A DNA stretch of 64,000 nt from Camelus dromedarius. Its lineage: Eukaryota. The notes under the pieces are model-generated. The model worked only from the letters and a program-made list of their open reading frames with translations, was not told where the DNA came from and made no database searches. Positions 25,558-39,299 of this stretch are shown here, in pieces; the first letter of the stretch is position 1; every line of letters starts with the position of its first letter. The DNA is taken from NCBI RefSeq assembly GCF_036321535.1, contig NC_087442.1, positions 31,186,001 through 31,250,000 on the forward strand. Reading direction: 5' to 3'. Made by a program: the position numbers and the translations under genes.

Positions 25558-26874
25558 ATACAGTGATTGGCAAGGCAGGCAGGAGCTGAGGAAGGCTGAG
25601 ACCCACTGACAAGGGTAGACAAGAATGCATATGCAACTAATTATTTCTAATTAGAAAAACTCTCCAAAGTATAAGATCCAGCTTTTAAAATGTTAAAAAT
25701 TAAATACACTTTGTCATAAGTAATCATGTTGAGTGTTGCTTTTCCTGATGAGGTATAATCAGGGTGTGATGGAGAAACACATTGAAGTTAGCATCAGAAG
25801 TCCTGCATTTGAGTTCCAGCTCTGCCACTTATTAGCTATGCTATGTATATGAAATTTGTCATTTTAAAGTTCTCTATAAGTGTAGGACATTATCAGAATC
25901 CAAGACAATCATGGACTTGTAGGTACACTCTCAGGATAGCAGAATCCTTGTATGTCCTCCCACATAAATGAAACGTGCAGAATCTTTTACAGATTGTTGG
26001 TATTTTTTTTTCCACTTTGGAGCTATGATGAATAAAGCTGCTATAAACACTTTTGTATACATTATTTGTGAACATATTTTTTGTTCTGTACATTCCCATA
26101 TTGAATGAGTTTTTCATTTCACTAGATTTTCATTTTTTTCTATCCCTGACAGGGTGCTAACTGCCAGCCCAGTCTTCAATTAGGATTTCCACCTATTTCT
26201 TCAGTAACATCTAATGCTATTCTAATTTCTCTTGTTTTTTAAGAATTGAAATATTTCTGAATGTCAATTTAATTTCTTTAAACAATGGAGGGGGAAAGCA
26301 GAACTTCTATAACCTGTACAAGAATGTTCATTGCGTCTTCTTTGCATTCTCTCTCCAAATTGACAAAAAAAAAAAAAAATTGAACAAAAAGAAAATAACT
26401 ACCCATGGTATATTTATATAACAGAACACAAAACAACAAAAAGTTACATACAAAGATTCATGCATGAATCTCATAGATATTATGTTGAATAGAAGAAACG
26501 AGGCACTAAAGAGTACATACTGAATAATTTTTATTCATATGAAATTTAAGAAAAGGCAAAAACTAATTGATAGGGATAGAAGTAAGAATAGTGTTTACCT
26601 CTGGGAGTGGGATGATAGGAACTGGGTGTGACTAGGAATGATCACGGGGAAAGGTATGGGATGCTTAAAGTTTTACATTCCATCTGGATAGAGCTTAACC
26701 AAATGTATATATAGGAAACTTGCATCTAGTTATATAGATAAAATTAGCACCTTCAACCATATATTTTACTGTTTGTATGTCATCTTTCAATTTAATATGC
26801 TTTTCTTGAACAACCAGAAAATTTCTGTCTCTTTTTTTAATCAATGTTATATCTAAATTCAAATTTATTTATAC

Positions 26875-27300
26875 GTGTAACATTTATTCCTTCAAAAATA
26901 ACTGATTACTTCCACAGAGCCTACAATGTGCTGGGAGGCAAAGACTCAGCGGTGAATGGGGCATCCATGGTTGCTGTCCTCAGACAGCTCTCTGCCTAGC
27001 AGGAAAGACAGCTATGGATGGAGTCATCATAAAATGATGAGTGTACCGAAGGAAGTGTGAAACCAGGGGGAGGTCAGGGAAGAAAGTTCCTTTTAACTGG
27101 GATATCAAGAATGAGCTAAATCTAACTAGATGAGGAATGCCTGCTAGAGTGAACAGCATGTGCAAAAGCCCTGAGGCAAGGAAAGTGTTCCCAGCACTGA
27201 AACAGGTACTTTTGGAGTGGGAGAGCCAGGGGTAAGTGGCTAGAGAGGTAAGCAGGGGCCCAAGAGACAGGAAGTCAGTTGGAGAGAATAATGCAGCTGT
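26875..27300 (-). mobile_element. L2 3' fragment
   Basis: catttattccttcaaaaata...gcctacaatgtgctgggaggc...gaacagcatgtgcaaaagccctgaggc. Confidence 0.7.
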
Positions 27301-29334
27301 TCTGATACACAGGACAATTTCAAATTAGAGATTATTTTAAATCTGCCTGCACCTGCTGCAGTCTTAGATCACTGTCAACATGCAATTGATTATTTTACAG
27401 TGGTTGTCCAGTATTGAAAAAATCCCGATTAACACAGACAAATGGTTACAAATGGTTTTTAATAGACTATGTAGAAATCCCAGGAGACTTCATGATTAAA
27501 GAGAGATGGCAAAGATGCTTTGCTCCAAGTTTAAAAAATAATCTCAACAAAAACCAAGGTAACTGACAGCACAAGCTAACATGGTTTGTATAGTAGGGAC
27601 TGCACTGTGTCAACTTTTGATACATGAAAAAATTATACATTGTATTTTTAATCACATATTTTAAAACATACTTAAAGGAGTTTTTAAAAAGACATTCTAA
27701 TGAAATTTTTGTAGAAACCCTGAGGCACTCAGTTTGAAAATCACTGGAGCAGCCCAAAGATTCAGGGTTGAACTTTCATCTTGAACCTGTCTGTACAAAT
27801 CTGGGCAAATCACAACCTCTCTTTCAATCATTTATAAAATAGTGTCTCTGCCTTCCAGCTGTATTGGTCTCAGGAGCTCACACAGGGAGGATTTTGTGGG
27901 TCACCTATCCTAAACAGGAAACACCAAGTTTCCTTCAGGTGGCCTTGTGTCCTGCTCTAGGGCCTGAATCTTGATTGGTCAAAATCTATCCAGCTAATCC
28001 CATTCCTTTTGGCCAGGTACTTACTTCCAGATTCAACTTATAGTAATGGTTTATAAAGTATCAAATGTGAGAATTATTACAACTACCTGTTATAACACAA
28101 AATATATAGTTTTGGAAACAAATTCCCATGGGTCTACCTGAATTGCAGCCCAGAAAGTTATTAACAATGATAACTCTGGTAGTTAAACAGCCACAGTGGA
28201 AAGTTCCTTTATATCCAAAAAATTAAAATTAAAAAAAATGAATTATTAACACTCAAGTTAACTAAAAATGGCTTGATGCACGTGCGTGAGGTCAATTAAC
28301 TATAGTAACTGTTGCTGGACTGAATGATTTAGTCTGAGGCTTGGATGAGGATATTATTCAAAAGGATATTCTTTTGCTATCTGCAATTAGCTGATAATAA
28401 TTATCACATACATTTTCCTCTTATTATACCAGAAGCCTAACATAGGCAAACGCCTTCATTCTTTCACTTATTCGACAAGCATTTTGGGGGAGTGAACTGT
28501 GAGACGAACATTGAATCAAGCCCAAGGAGAGCTGAGCAGTGACACTTAAAACACATCCTGGGGAGGGAGGGATGTGGAAGCAGACATCTGTGGAGTGCAC
28601 AGCCGTGAATCTAGTCCGAGGAAGATGGGGACAGGGAGTGGGGAGAACAGTATTCCAGGCAAATGACACATGAATTTTGAGTGTGCAGTAAGAGCTGTGT
28701 ACAAAATTTACAGAGAGGTCCCAGCCTAGAGTTTCTTACTGACTTTACAAGAACTAGAAAATACATCTTAGACATCAAACCCAGTACAATGCATAGAAGA
28801 ATCTCTCCCTTTTGAAGCCATTTCTCCAAAATAAGTAAATTATATAATACAACAGAGAAAAAGAGGGGTTTGGTCCTACTGGCTGAACACAGAAAGTAAC
28901 AATAATAAACATTTTGTTAGCATCCCCGTGGGGCTCCATTTTTGTGGTAAACATAATATAACTAAGCACTTACGCTCTGATAAGGGAAATGACAGCACAT
29001 CTATGAAAAACCACAGTCTCCATATATTAAGGGATAAGCAAGTGGCGTATGCAGGGGGACCAGGACTGTCCCGGTGTGTGCCTGCTGCCCCCATGTAAGT
29101 ATTAATAATGCCTCCTCTCACTCTCAAAAGTAACCTGGGTTGGATAATAAATTATATCCACTGGTTCATAAAATGGGATGATGCCTACAGACTAGACTGT
29201 CGGAAGGACTTCACAGAACCAGCAGAACTTGTAACGTGACTCGAGGGTGGGCTGGGAGCCCGTAAGCAGAGCCCCGCAACAGCTGAAGCTCAAACACCAG
29301 CCAAGAGATACCTGCTAAGAGTCCGAAGGCTCTC

Positions 29335-29990
29335 CGCTCACTCACTCACTCACCAAACACCTACAGAGCACTTATGCCACACCGGGCACTGCTGAGGCAC
29401 TGGGTCACCCCAGGGACAAGCTAGCCGAGATCCTGTCGTCATAAAGCTCACATTCTAGCAGGGTCCAGGGGAGAAGCCGAATTGTTTAAAAAAAAAAAAT
29501 GAGCAAATAAACTGGCTATTTTCAGAGAGGAATAAATGGCCCTCTAATGGAAATCCAAAAGGATGGCATGTCCGTGAGAACTGGAAGGTGGCCGCTCTAG
29601 ACGAGGCACTCTGGAGAGCTGCTTGGTGAGTTCAGAGCTAAATGAAAAGAAGCCACCACTGATGAACTGATATGAGGAAGCACCTGGACAGTAAACGGCC
29701 AGGTGGCTTAACCTGAATCCCAATTAAAGAGGTCACTCTGGCTGTCTCGTGGCAAATGCAGGGAAGCAAAAGAAAATCAGGAGACCAGCAGGGACCAAGA
29801 GAAGGCAGTTGTTTAGACCAGGTGGCTGCAGGGGAAACAGAGGTGATTAGATGGACTTAAAGCATGTTTTGGAGGTGAGTTGCCAGTGTCTGCTAAAGGT
29901 TTTCTGAGGGTGAGAAGGTGGGGTGTGAGTGCCAGAGAGAAATGAGGACTAGTTCCTGGATTTGGCCTAAAATTGGGTGCACAGTAATAT
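29335..29990 (-). mobile_element. L2 3' fragment
   Basis: cactcactcactcaccaaacacctacagagcac...gaggtcactctggctgtc...gttcctggatttggcc. Confidence 0.65.
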
Positions 29991-30299
29991 AAACACAATT
30001 ATTGAAGTGAAAGCACAGTTCCACTCTCAGCATCCATTCAGGCCTTGATCAGAGAGCAACTAACGGTGACAAAGGGAAGTGCTGATTCATGCTATGAAAT
30101 CTTAGAACAAAGCCCGTGTCAAGTTCATCTTAAACGTGCCATTGCACCCAAATGGCCAAGAAAATAAGAACAAAGGAATGACTGAATGGAAGTTTTTATG
30201 TGAATCATCCTAGATATTTGAGGAAAACCTCTAGAGGAATATAGGGTAACTCTGTTAAGCGGCTGGTTCATTTATTCTCTCACTGATGGTTCCTTTACT

Positions 30300-30720
30300 C
30301 CTTGAACACATGTTTATTTAGTGCCGACTTTGTACCAGGCATCGTGCTAAGCAGATATGTGGGTTACACAGCACCAGCTTAGGACAGAAAACAACCGGAG
30401 GAGAGTAGATGACAAACGACCCCAATGTGAAAGTCAGGGAAGGCTTCCCTTAGGAAGAAATGCTTGAGGGAAGTTCTAAAGGCATGACCTTGATAGGAAA
30501 AAGTTCTTGTAATGAGAGGAACCAAAAGAAGCCGTTGTGGCTTGAGCCAAGGGGCCGGGGCGGGGGTGGGAGGTGCCAGTAATGAGATGAGGCTGGAAGT
30601 AGACTCCACGGAGCCTTTTAGACACAGACCACGGAAGGGTCTAAAGCAGGTGAGACATGATGAGACTGCATCTTGAAGAGCTCAACCTGACCACTTGTGG
30701 CAAATGCCCAGGTTGAAGGC
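30300..30720 (-). mobile_element. L2 fragment
   Basis: tttatttagtgccgactttgtaccaggcatcgtgctaagc...gtcagggaaggcttccct. Confidence 0.6.
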
Positions 30721-30827
30721 GGCCAGCCAAGGGCTGACATTGGTCACATTCCCTTTGCAGCACATTAACATTTCTTACCCCATACAGAAATATAACCTAG
30801 TCAAAATAATTGTCTTTGGAGAGGTTT

Positions 30828-30950
30828 GGATGATGAAGGAGGAGGAGGAAGGAAAGCAGGATGGGGAGCAGAAGGGGAGGAGAGGAGGACAGAATGGGGA
30901 GGAAGAGGAGGAGGAAGAGAAGAAGAATTAGAAGAAGCAGCAGCAATGTA
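30828..30950 (+). repeat. GA-rich low-complexity tract (GGA/GAA)
   Basis: gatgatgaaggaggaggaggaagg...gaggaggaagagaagaagaattagaagaagcagcagc seen directly. Confidence 0.85.
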
Positions 30951-31960
30951 AGCAAGAAGCTCAAATAATTGGCATGTAATTTCAAATATCTAGGTAACAT
31001 ATTTGAGGCTTCCCAAGATATTTAACTATCAAAGAATGTCACTATCAAAGAAACAGCTAAGAAAATGCCATTTTTTTATTAACTTTAATTTTAAACTAAT
31101 GGCTTTTTCCTCTATTTTAAGAATAATGCATGTTCATTATAAAAAATTTAGGAAATGAAGAAAGCAAGTAGAAAAAATACCTGTAGTATCTCCCCAAAGT
31201 AGCCTCTGTTAATATTTTATTTCTTGGTGTACTTTTTACTAAGCTTTCTTTTTTGTCTTTTTTTTTTTTTTACAGATTTGTTATCACACTGTTTATATAA
31301 TTGTTATAATTACACAATAACTACATAATTCCCTTTTCAGTTAACAACACAATCACGAGAAACAGTAACTGTCCCTTTATGACTTTACCGAAGATCTCAA
31401 AGAACCCTATTTCTCCTCTCTAACCAATTTGCAGCTTACAGGTTACATATGATGAAGTACTGGTCTCCTGTGAGTCCTGGGATGAAGATTTATTTATTTT
31501 CATCATTGCCAGAAATGTCCAGTTCCCCTATATATTCATAATGGATTACTGGCTCATTGAGGAAGAGACGTCAAATGCTACTAAAAATTTCAGAGAGGCC
31601 AGCTTCTTTTATGCATTGAGCTGGCCATATGTGCCATCCAAATGGCTAGGCTGTAATACTGCAAAGATATCATCTGAGTTGCGTTACCATTTTTAAATGT
31701 TGGAACTTTAATAAATCCGTAAAGTTTTATATACTTCATTGTATTTACTAAAATGTTTCCAGCTTTAAGACATTATTGTTCACCAAATGACATACTAGAA
31801 GTCCTTTTTCTTGTTCAGGTTTGGGAATTGGGGTGGACCGAGTTACAACATCATTTCCTTTGCCTGAGACATAAATGAAGTCGCAGTGTACTGAGTTGCA
31901 CGTATTTTTCATTAGCACGTAGCCACCGTGTCTATACTAAGATCCATTTATCTCACAGGT

Positions 31961-32612
31961 NNNNNNNNNNNNNNNNNNNNNNNNNNNNNNNNNNNNNNNN
32001 NNNNNNNNNNNNNNNNNNNNNNNNNNNNNNNNNNNNNNNNNNNNNNNNNNNNNNNNNNNNNNNNNNNNNNNNNNNNNNNNNNNNNNNNNNNNNNNNNNNN
32101 NNNNNNNNNNNNNNNNNNNNNNNNNNNNNNNNNNNNNNNNNNNNNNNNNNNNNNNNNNNNNNNNNNNNNNNNAGGCNNNNNNNNNNNNNNNNNNNNNNNN
32201 NNNNNNNNNNNNNNNNNNNNNNNNNNNNNNNNNNNNNNNNNNNNNNNNNNNNNNNNNNNNNNNNNNNNNNNNNNNNNNNNNNNNNNNNNNNNNNNNNNNN
32301 NNNNNNNNNNNNNNNNNNNNNNNNNNNNNNNNNNNNNNNNNNNNNNNNNNNNNNNNNNNNNNNNNNNNNNNNNNNNNNNNNNNNNNNNNNNNNNNNNNNN
32401 NNNNNNNNNNNNNNNNNNNNNNNNNNNNNNNNNNNNNNNNNNNNNNNNNNNNNNNNNNNNNNNNNNNNNNNNNNNNNNNNNNNNNNNNNNNNNNNNNNNN
32501 NNNNNNNNNNNNNNNNNNNNNNNNNNNNNNNNNNNNNNNNNNNNNNNNNNNNNNNNNNNNNNNNNNNNNNNNNNNNNNNNNNNNNNNNNNNNNNNNNNNN
32601 NNNNNNNNNNNN
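31961..32612. other. N-run containing a 4-base island (aggc, 32173-32176)
   Basis: Seen directly. Confidence 0.98.
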
Positions 32613-32794
32613 AATTGTTTGCTTTTTAACCAGAGATGAGCCAAGAGAATTGGACCCTAAATTCACAAGGTAGCTTCACTTTCTATCAGTCAGCCGTATG
32701 TGATTTTGCCCTCGGTTACTGCTTACCAAGAGATTTCTGGGACTGATGTGTTCTAGGCATTTTCCCCCCTCCTTTATCTCTGGACTGTCCATAC

Positions 32795-32865
32795 CTGGGC
32801 AAATAGCAAAGTGCAGAGCACTTGACAGGGATTTTTCTTTGTAGACATCCCTTCTTACAGTCATT
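32795..32865 (-). CDS. Internal 71-nt candidate coding exon: NDCKKGCLQRKIPVKCSALCYLP(R)
   Basis: Acceptor ctgtttag|AATGAC has a weak adjacent pyrimidine tract. Donor is CCCAG|gtatgg. The phase-0 start and phase-2 end match the flanking exons. A second frame is also open, so the frame assignment relies on the exon chain. Confidence 0.55.
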
Positions 32866-33967
32866 CTAAACAGTCTATGCATATCCATCAGACAATTAAA
32901 ACAGCAGAGGGGGAAACAGCCTCTACACTTGTTGGTTTGAAAACTCCTTTAGATATTGAGCACAGATTCACAGAATTATTTTTCATTGCACTTGGAACAA
33001 GATGAGCTGGACTGATAGCAAAATCAAATAGACTTAACACAAAGGAGAGATAAAAAGAACCAAGACGGGATTCTATTTTTTATTGCATTTGGAGGCATCT
33101 CTGCCTTGGCACGCTGGGCATGCTGAGCCCTGGGGCCTTTCCATCAGCATGTGAGGAGTCTCCCCTCACAGAGCAGCTAGAGATCTCCATATTTCAAAAT
33201 AAATAAAACAGATATTGTTTGAGGAAGCTTTGCTTGAGAGGCCAATATATATCGAAATGAGTCTATGAGACCTGACTAGTGGATTGCACCAAGGTTACTG
33301 ACCATCATTTCCATCCACTTTTTCTCCAGGGTCCAGGCACATTAGTCATTTTCTCTGAATAACCAGATGACCACCTGCCCAATTTGTCTCAACACATAAA
33401 CACACTGAAATGTCATAAAAACTCCTTTGAGCTAAGTGGTCTTTAATTTGGTATATGGGTGTTTAAGACTTAGTTTGATTACCTCACTATTGACCCACAT
33501 GAACTGCATCTTAAAACATTCTTTTGTTTATTTTCTTATAGGTTCAGATGTCTCATGTAATTAAAAATTTCTGCATATGAAGAGTTGCCAATTTTTCTAT
33601 TGTGACTGACACCTAAAACGATGAAAGCAAACCTCTAGACTGATTTGACTACTTGGTTTTAAATGACAGCTGCTTTCAACTTGATTTAAATTAGCTAAAA
33701 ATTTTGACTCATTGGGCATACTACAAATATTAGGAAAAAACAGTTTAATTAATGATTACAATTCAAGAATCTCATGAAGTTCAACCAAGCAATTTTAAAG
33801 TATCTTTAGTTCCGTTATTTGTCGTCAAGGTACTCTGTAGGCTTTTGAAAGTCACATTTTGAAAAACAAATAAGATATTGTATTAGATACTGAGGTCAGG
33901 AAATGTTCAATATCACTATAGGCTATTATCTATATTCTCTAATTCTAATGACAGTTGGATTTCTAAG

Positions 33968-34362
33968 TTTTTTTTAAGTGAGGTATAGTTTGATTTTACA
34001 ATATAAGTTTCAGTTGTACAACATAGTGATTCATAATTTTTAAAGATTATACCCCATTTACAGTTATTAGAAAATACTGACTGTATTCCCCGTGCTGTAC
34101 AACATATCCTTGTAGCTTATTAATTTTATTACCTAATAGTTTTGTACCTTTTAATCCCCTTCCACTGTCTTGGCCCTCCTCTCCCCCCAGTGGTAACCAC
34201 TAGTTTGGTCTCTGTATCTGTGAGTCTATTCCTTTTTTGTTATATTCACTAGTTTGTTGTATTTTTTAGATTCCACATACAAGTGATACCAGACAATATT
34301 TGTCTTTCTCGGTCTGACTTATTTCACTAAGCATAATATTCTCCAAGTCCATCTATGTTGTT
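33968..34362 (-). mobile_element. L1MA9-like 3' end
   Basis: ttttaagtgaggtatagtttg...gtacaacatagtgattca...tttagattccacatacaagtgatacc...cttatttcactaagcataa. Confidence 0.85.
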
Positions 34363-35918
34363 TTAATGATAGTTGGACTTTTAAAAATCAGTTTCTGATT
34401 CACAGTGAGGGAAAGATTTTTTATCAGCATTCTTATGACTGCACCAAAATTTTAAATGTTCTTTCAGAAGTAGCAATAACAAAAGTCTCCTCAGCTTTGT
34501 AGTGAAAGACTGAACAAGCAGTTCAAACTCAGAGAGCAAAAGATACTGTAAGAAAAAAGTATGTACCACCAGTGATTAATATACCAAGAAACAGCGATCA
34601 CGCCGACATGTATTTTGCCCTGCCTTGTTTTCTAAGTTCATTGTGCATAATTAAACATCTAATAATATCAATGGGAATATGTGGAAGCCAAATAATTACT
34701 TTTAAATAGATTTATCATTCATCTATTAGAACCTAAAGACCAACAAAAAGAAGTCAGCAGTTGAACAGTTTTAGAAGATTTTTTTTTTTTGAGATTGATC
34801 CAAAAAAATCTATGTGAGGTTATTTATATCATCTGCAGCTTTGTGCCTCTCAGACAAAATGTGGAAATATCAATGTTGAGACAAAACTGAAGAGGAGAAA
34901 CATGAGATATTGTGAAAAGAATAAAGAGTGTCAATTGTTTAAAGACCAAGGGCAGTGCGGTGCTGGCGAGAGAGAAGAGGCACAAATGGGGTCATTTATT
35001 AGTTCTAGAAGATTACGTGACGTTTCACTGCTTTCACTAAGCTTAATAGAGAGTGAAGCAATTTGTTATGAAAGTGGTTGGTCTGAGATGAGTCAGAGTG
35101 TTGAGGCCGTGGCGATGAAGATTACTGGGTAATATTAGTTCGTAATAGTCTCGCTTGCGTTATGTAAGAAATAAAAAACATCAGGAATGTTGAAAAAGTA
35201 TCACAGTTTTCCATTTTGTTTCTTAATTATGAAAAAAATGTATAATGGCACAATTTAGGGAGCAGAACTCTGGAAAGTGGCTCCTTTGTAAAACAAGACT
35301 TAGACCTACATCATTGGCTCCACGAGTTATGATCTGAAGATGCCATGGGGCAACTGGGCTGCAATCATGTTTCAATCACATATGAAACCCCAAGGGTCTA
35401 ATACATAAACACACAGAGAACATGCAAAGATAATTTACACTACAGGATACACATAGCACAGAACTTGACATTCTTCGCCTAGGTATTCATTGAATATGCA
35501 GAATTTTAACATTTGAAGGTATGGGGCAAAAGAGAGAAATGTAGGATGATGCCTCAGTGTCTGGCTGGAAGACTGTGCAGAAGATGGTACCGCTCACTGA
35601 AAGGCATAAGATGGGGAGATAGTTTTGGAGGAGAATAAATTAAAATGAACATTTTGGATATGTGATTTTGAGACATCTAAAAGTCACTGAGTGCCAAATG
35701 GTGATGTTATGAAGGCTGCTGACAACATGAGAAAGGTGGTCAGAGGAAAGGCTGGGATGGATATCTACATGGGGTAATCATCGACACAGAGCTGGAGTGA
35801 GCCATCAAAGGAGGGAGGGCAGAGACAGGAGAGCACCCAGAACCAGGCTGTGAAGAACCCACAGGGGGATGGGGAAGCAGAACCAGCAAAGGAGACTGGA
35901 CAGGGACCTTCGGTGAAT

Positions 35919-35942
35919 TGTGTGTGTGTGTGTGTGTGTGTG
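35919..35942. repeat. (TG)12 microsatellite
   Basis: Seen directly. Confidence 0.95.
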
Positions 35943-36789
35943 TAAAAGCCACTAGAGAGTGAGGCTGCTGGATTCAAAGAAGAAACAAGGAGAAGAAGAT
36001 ACTGTAAACTGTGTTGATTCAGGACAGAAAGGTGGTCACTGGCTTTCACAACATGGAAGTCTCTGGCATCCTTGACAAGAGATTTCAAGAAGAGAGTGAT
36101 TTTAAGACAAGCATGATAGCATGCCAGAGTGGGTACCACATTAGAATTGAATAGAGTCTCAAGGATGAGGAACTTGAACTGCAGAAAAGATGGTGACAAG
36201 GTAGAGTTTTCTTTGTTGCTGTTGTCACTCTTTTAGGACACAGAAAAGAATGTTTACATGTTGATGGGAATGACCCCGTGTATGGAGCTTGATGCTACAA
36301 GAATAAGATAATTACAAGAAAAGAAATAACTGAGAATTTGGGAAATGATGGAATTTGGGCTTGACATTGGTAGGGGTAGTACTTGCTTCAGACTTGATAT
36401 TGACAGGAGGACCATTTGCTTCATTGTCACAAGGAGGAAGGTGATGCTTGAACAAAGAACACTGATAAATGCCAACAGTTTTCGGCATTTGTGCGCGCAC
36501 ACATGCATGTATACTATATTGTTTTGAAGAAATCTTAACTTATCAAAAATTAAATTATATAGAAATAACTTAAAAGATGGAGAAAGAAGTTTAAAAATGA
36601 AACAGTTTCAAGTGTGAAGGGAACTCATGCAAAGCTCTGAATTAAACACCACTGAACAAATGCAGGTTTTGATTACTTCCAGCTTTCACATTTGAGTAAT
36701 AACCTTTATTTTCAGATCACTACTACCATTTTATTAAAACAGGACTTCTTATCACTCTCTCACCTTTAGCATCTACAATTATGACAAGC

Positions 36790-38265
36790 CAGTGATTCTC
36801 AAAGTGCAGCCTTGGATCTCTTCTTGAGACTCTTTCAAGCATTCCCAGAGCTGAGGTCAAAATGATTTTTATAATAACACTTAAGATATTTTTTAAATAT
36901 TTTTTACTGTGCTGACACTTGCATTGATAGTCCAAAAGCACTGATCATGAACAAAACTGCTGGCACCTTGGCACAAGTCAAGGTAGTGGCACCAAATCAT
37001 ACCACTGGCCACTGTGCTTTTTGCCATCTTGCACTCTTAGTAAATCACACAAACAAAAAAGCCAGTTTCATCTGAGAATGCCCTTGCAACAGTAACAATT
37101 ACTAGTTAAATTAAATCTCTATTACATAAAATGATTAATTTTATAAAATTAACACCTTGAGTACATGGCTGTGTAATATTCTGTGTGATAAACTGGGAAA
37201 AACACAAAAAAGCACCTTTGCTGCATACTGAAGTACGTACGATGGTGATCTCCTGCGATTACTGTGAGCTTAATTGGCTGCCTTTACATGGAACATCATT
37301 TTTACTTGAAACAACAATTGTCAGACTAAGTATGGTTATTGAGATGTAGATATTTGGCAGGTATTTTCTCAAAAATACCCCAAATGAGCCTATACTTCAA
37401 AGAAAGCATCTGACAGTAACTCTTGCAAATGATAAAATTCAAGTTTTCAAGTGAAGATTCAAATTTTGGAAAATTTGCACTCGTTCCTATGAGCTTGACA
37501 GCGTACCAACATTTAAAGTCTTTTCTGAAGAGACTGGCAACATTTGTGATGTGATTTTTTTTTTTTTAACATAGCGAATAATGAAGAGTCAACATTTCAT
37601 TTGGAAGCTCTATATAAGTCAGTGAATCAAAATGTTCTAAATGACCAATGTGTGGTTTTATAGAATATATATGGGTAAAAGAGTCACGTAAAGTATAAGA
37701 TAAATTAATGGATTTCAATGTAACAATACGAAAATGTAATTGACTTATTTTCAGGTTCCACATTGCAACTACTGTCTAGTTTCTTTAAGAAACTACTCTG
37801 GTGTCAAATTTTCATGTAGTATCAAAGAATATTCACAATTATCTAAAAAGGTTAACAAAATACTTCACTCTCTTTCAACTGCATATCTGTGCAAAGCTGA
37901 ATTTTCTTCATGAGTCAACCAACATAACGTACTGTAAGAGATTGAATCAAAAAGCAGGTATGAAAATGTTTTCCATTTAGCTAAACCTGAAAGAGATTTA
38001 TAAAAAAAATATGAAATGATTCCCTCTCATTGTTTTTTTTTTGTTTGTTTTGGAAAAAACAGTTGTTTTTCATAGAAAATGTTCATGTCTATGAACTAGA
38101 ATTATTATTTTAAGGGAACTAGTAATAGACATCTAAAAGATATCTGCTTTTAATTTATTTTGTGATAAGTATTAATAGATATTATCTACATTAACAAAGT
38201 TTCTTGGACTCTTCCAAACTTTTAAGATCCTAGAGGGTGATAAGACCAAAAGTTGGAACTCCATG
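36790..38265 (+). mobile_element. Charlie1-type hAT DNA transposon (internally deleted)
   Basis: Begins cagtgattctcaaagtg, carries transposase-like body text (catggaacatcatttttacttgaaa, gcaaatgataaaattcaagttttcaag) and ends gaccaaaagttggaact, a degenerate terminal repeat. Confidence 0.75.
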
Positions 38266-38283
38266 GTCATAAAGAAAATATTT

Positions 38284-38488
38284 GGTGGGAAGGGATAGAC
38301 TGGGAATTCAAAATTGTAGAATAGACTACACTGTATAGCACAGGGAAATATACACAAAATGTTATGATAACTCACAGAGAAAAAAATGTGACAATGAGTG
38401 TGTATATGTCCATGAATAACTGAAAAATTGTGCTGAACACTGGAATTTGACACAACATTGTAAAATGATTATAAATCAATTAAAAAAA
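38284..38488 (+). mobile_element. Short young-looking L1 3' end (camelid-type) with TSD
   Basis: gtatagcacagggaaatatacacaaaatgttatg...ctggaatttgacacaacattgtaaaatgattataaatcaat plus an A tail. aaaatattt flanks both sides (38275-38283 and 38485-38493). Confidence 0.8.
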
Positions 38489-39299
38489 TATTTAAATGAT
38501 GTAACTGGGTAGTGTGTAAAAGATATGCTTTCCTATTATTATGGGTGATTTTTAAATGCTGGGTTCCCTGTGCAAATTGTGTTTCCTGATTAATTGATCC
38601 TAACATGTCCAATTTTTAGTATGATCACATTTTAGACAAATGCCTGCTGTGTTTAAGTTGGTAGGGAGACGGCTGAGTGTTTTAATTTTTACTTTCATGT
38701 TTCAACAATAAATATATCTGCATGTTAAACTGAAAATGACAGTCCTTTGGAAAATCCAGGCTCTCTAAATCTCAGTTAGCACTGGGCAAGGAGGACAGTG
38801 GTAACGGTGCTGTGGCAGGGTACAAAGGTTTAGTTTCTACTCCCAGGTTTGCACTTTGATCAAATCTCAAACCTTTGGGCCTGAAATTCCTCATATTTAC
38901 AACAAGGAAATGTAGCTCAATTTTTTTCTCACTTCCTTTCAGCCATGAATTCTATGTAACTCTGATAAAGATGTCAACAAACAGTCCAGTCTAAAAGTTA
39001 TCCCAATAAAAATGGGTTGAGCAATCAAAGCAATTTCAAGATAATCCAGGTCCTTAACCTTCATCATCATGCCTTCATTTTGAATACCACAAACGCCAAG
39101 TAATAATTCTTAGAACCTCCTTTTTTCCCTGTCATCTGCTTCTACCCTGAGGCCCCCCATCCTCTCTCACACACTCCTTTCTCCTTACTTGACTGCATCC
39201 GAGAAGGAGAAGACTAGGTCCAGCAAGGCAGGATCCTCCTCTACTGTCTGTTGCCCCACCTTGCAGAAGCCAGTATTCAGTTTTGTGTCTCCTGCATAA

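Noticed and set aside
30695-31000. Glu-rich and Leu-rich ORFs
   Set aside because: They are produced by the GA-rich low-complexity tract.
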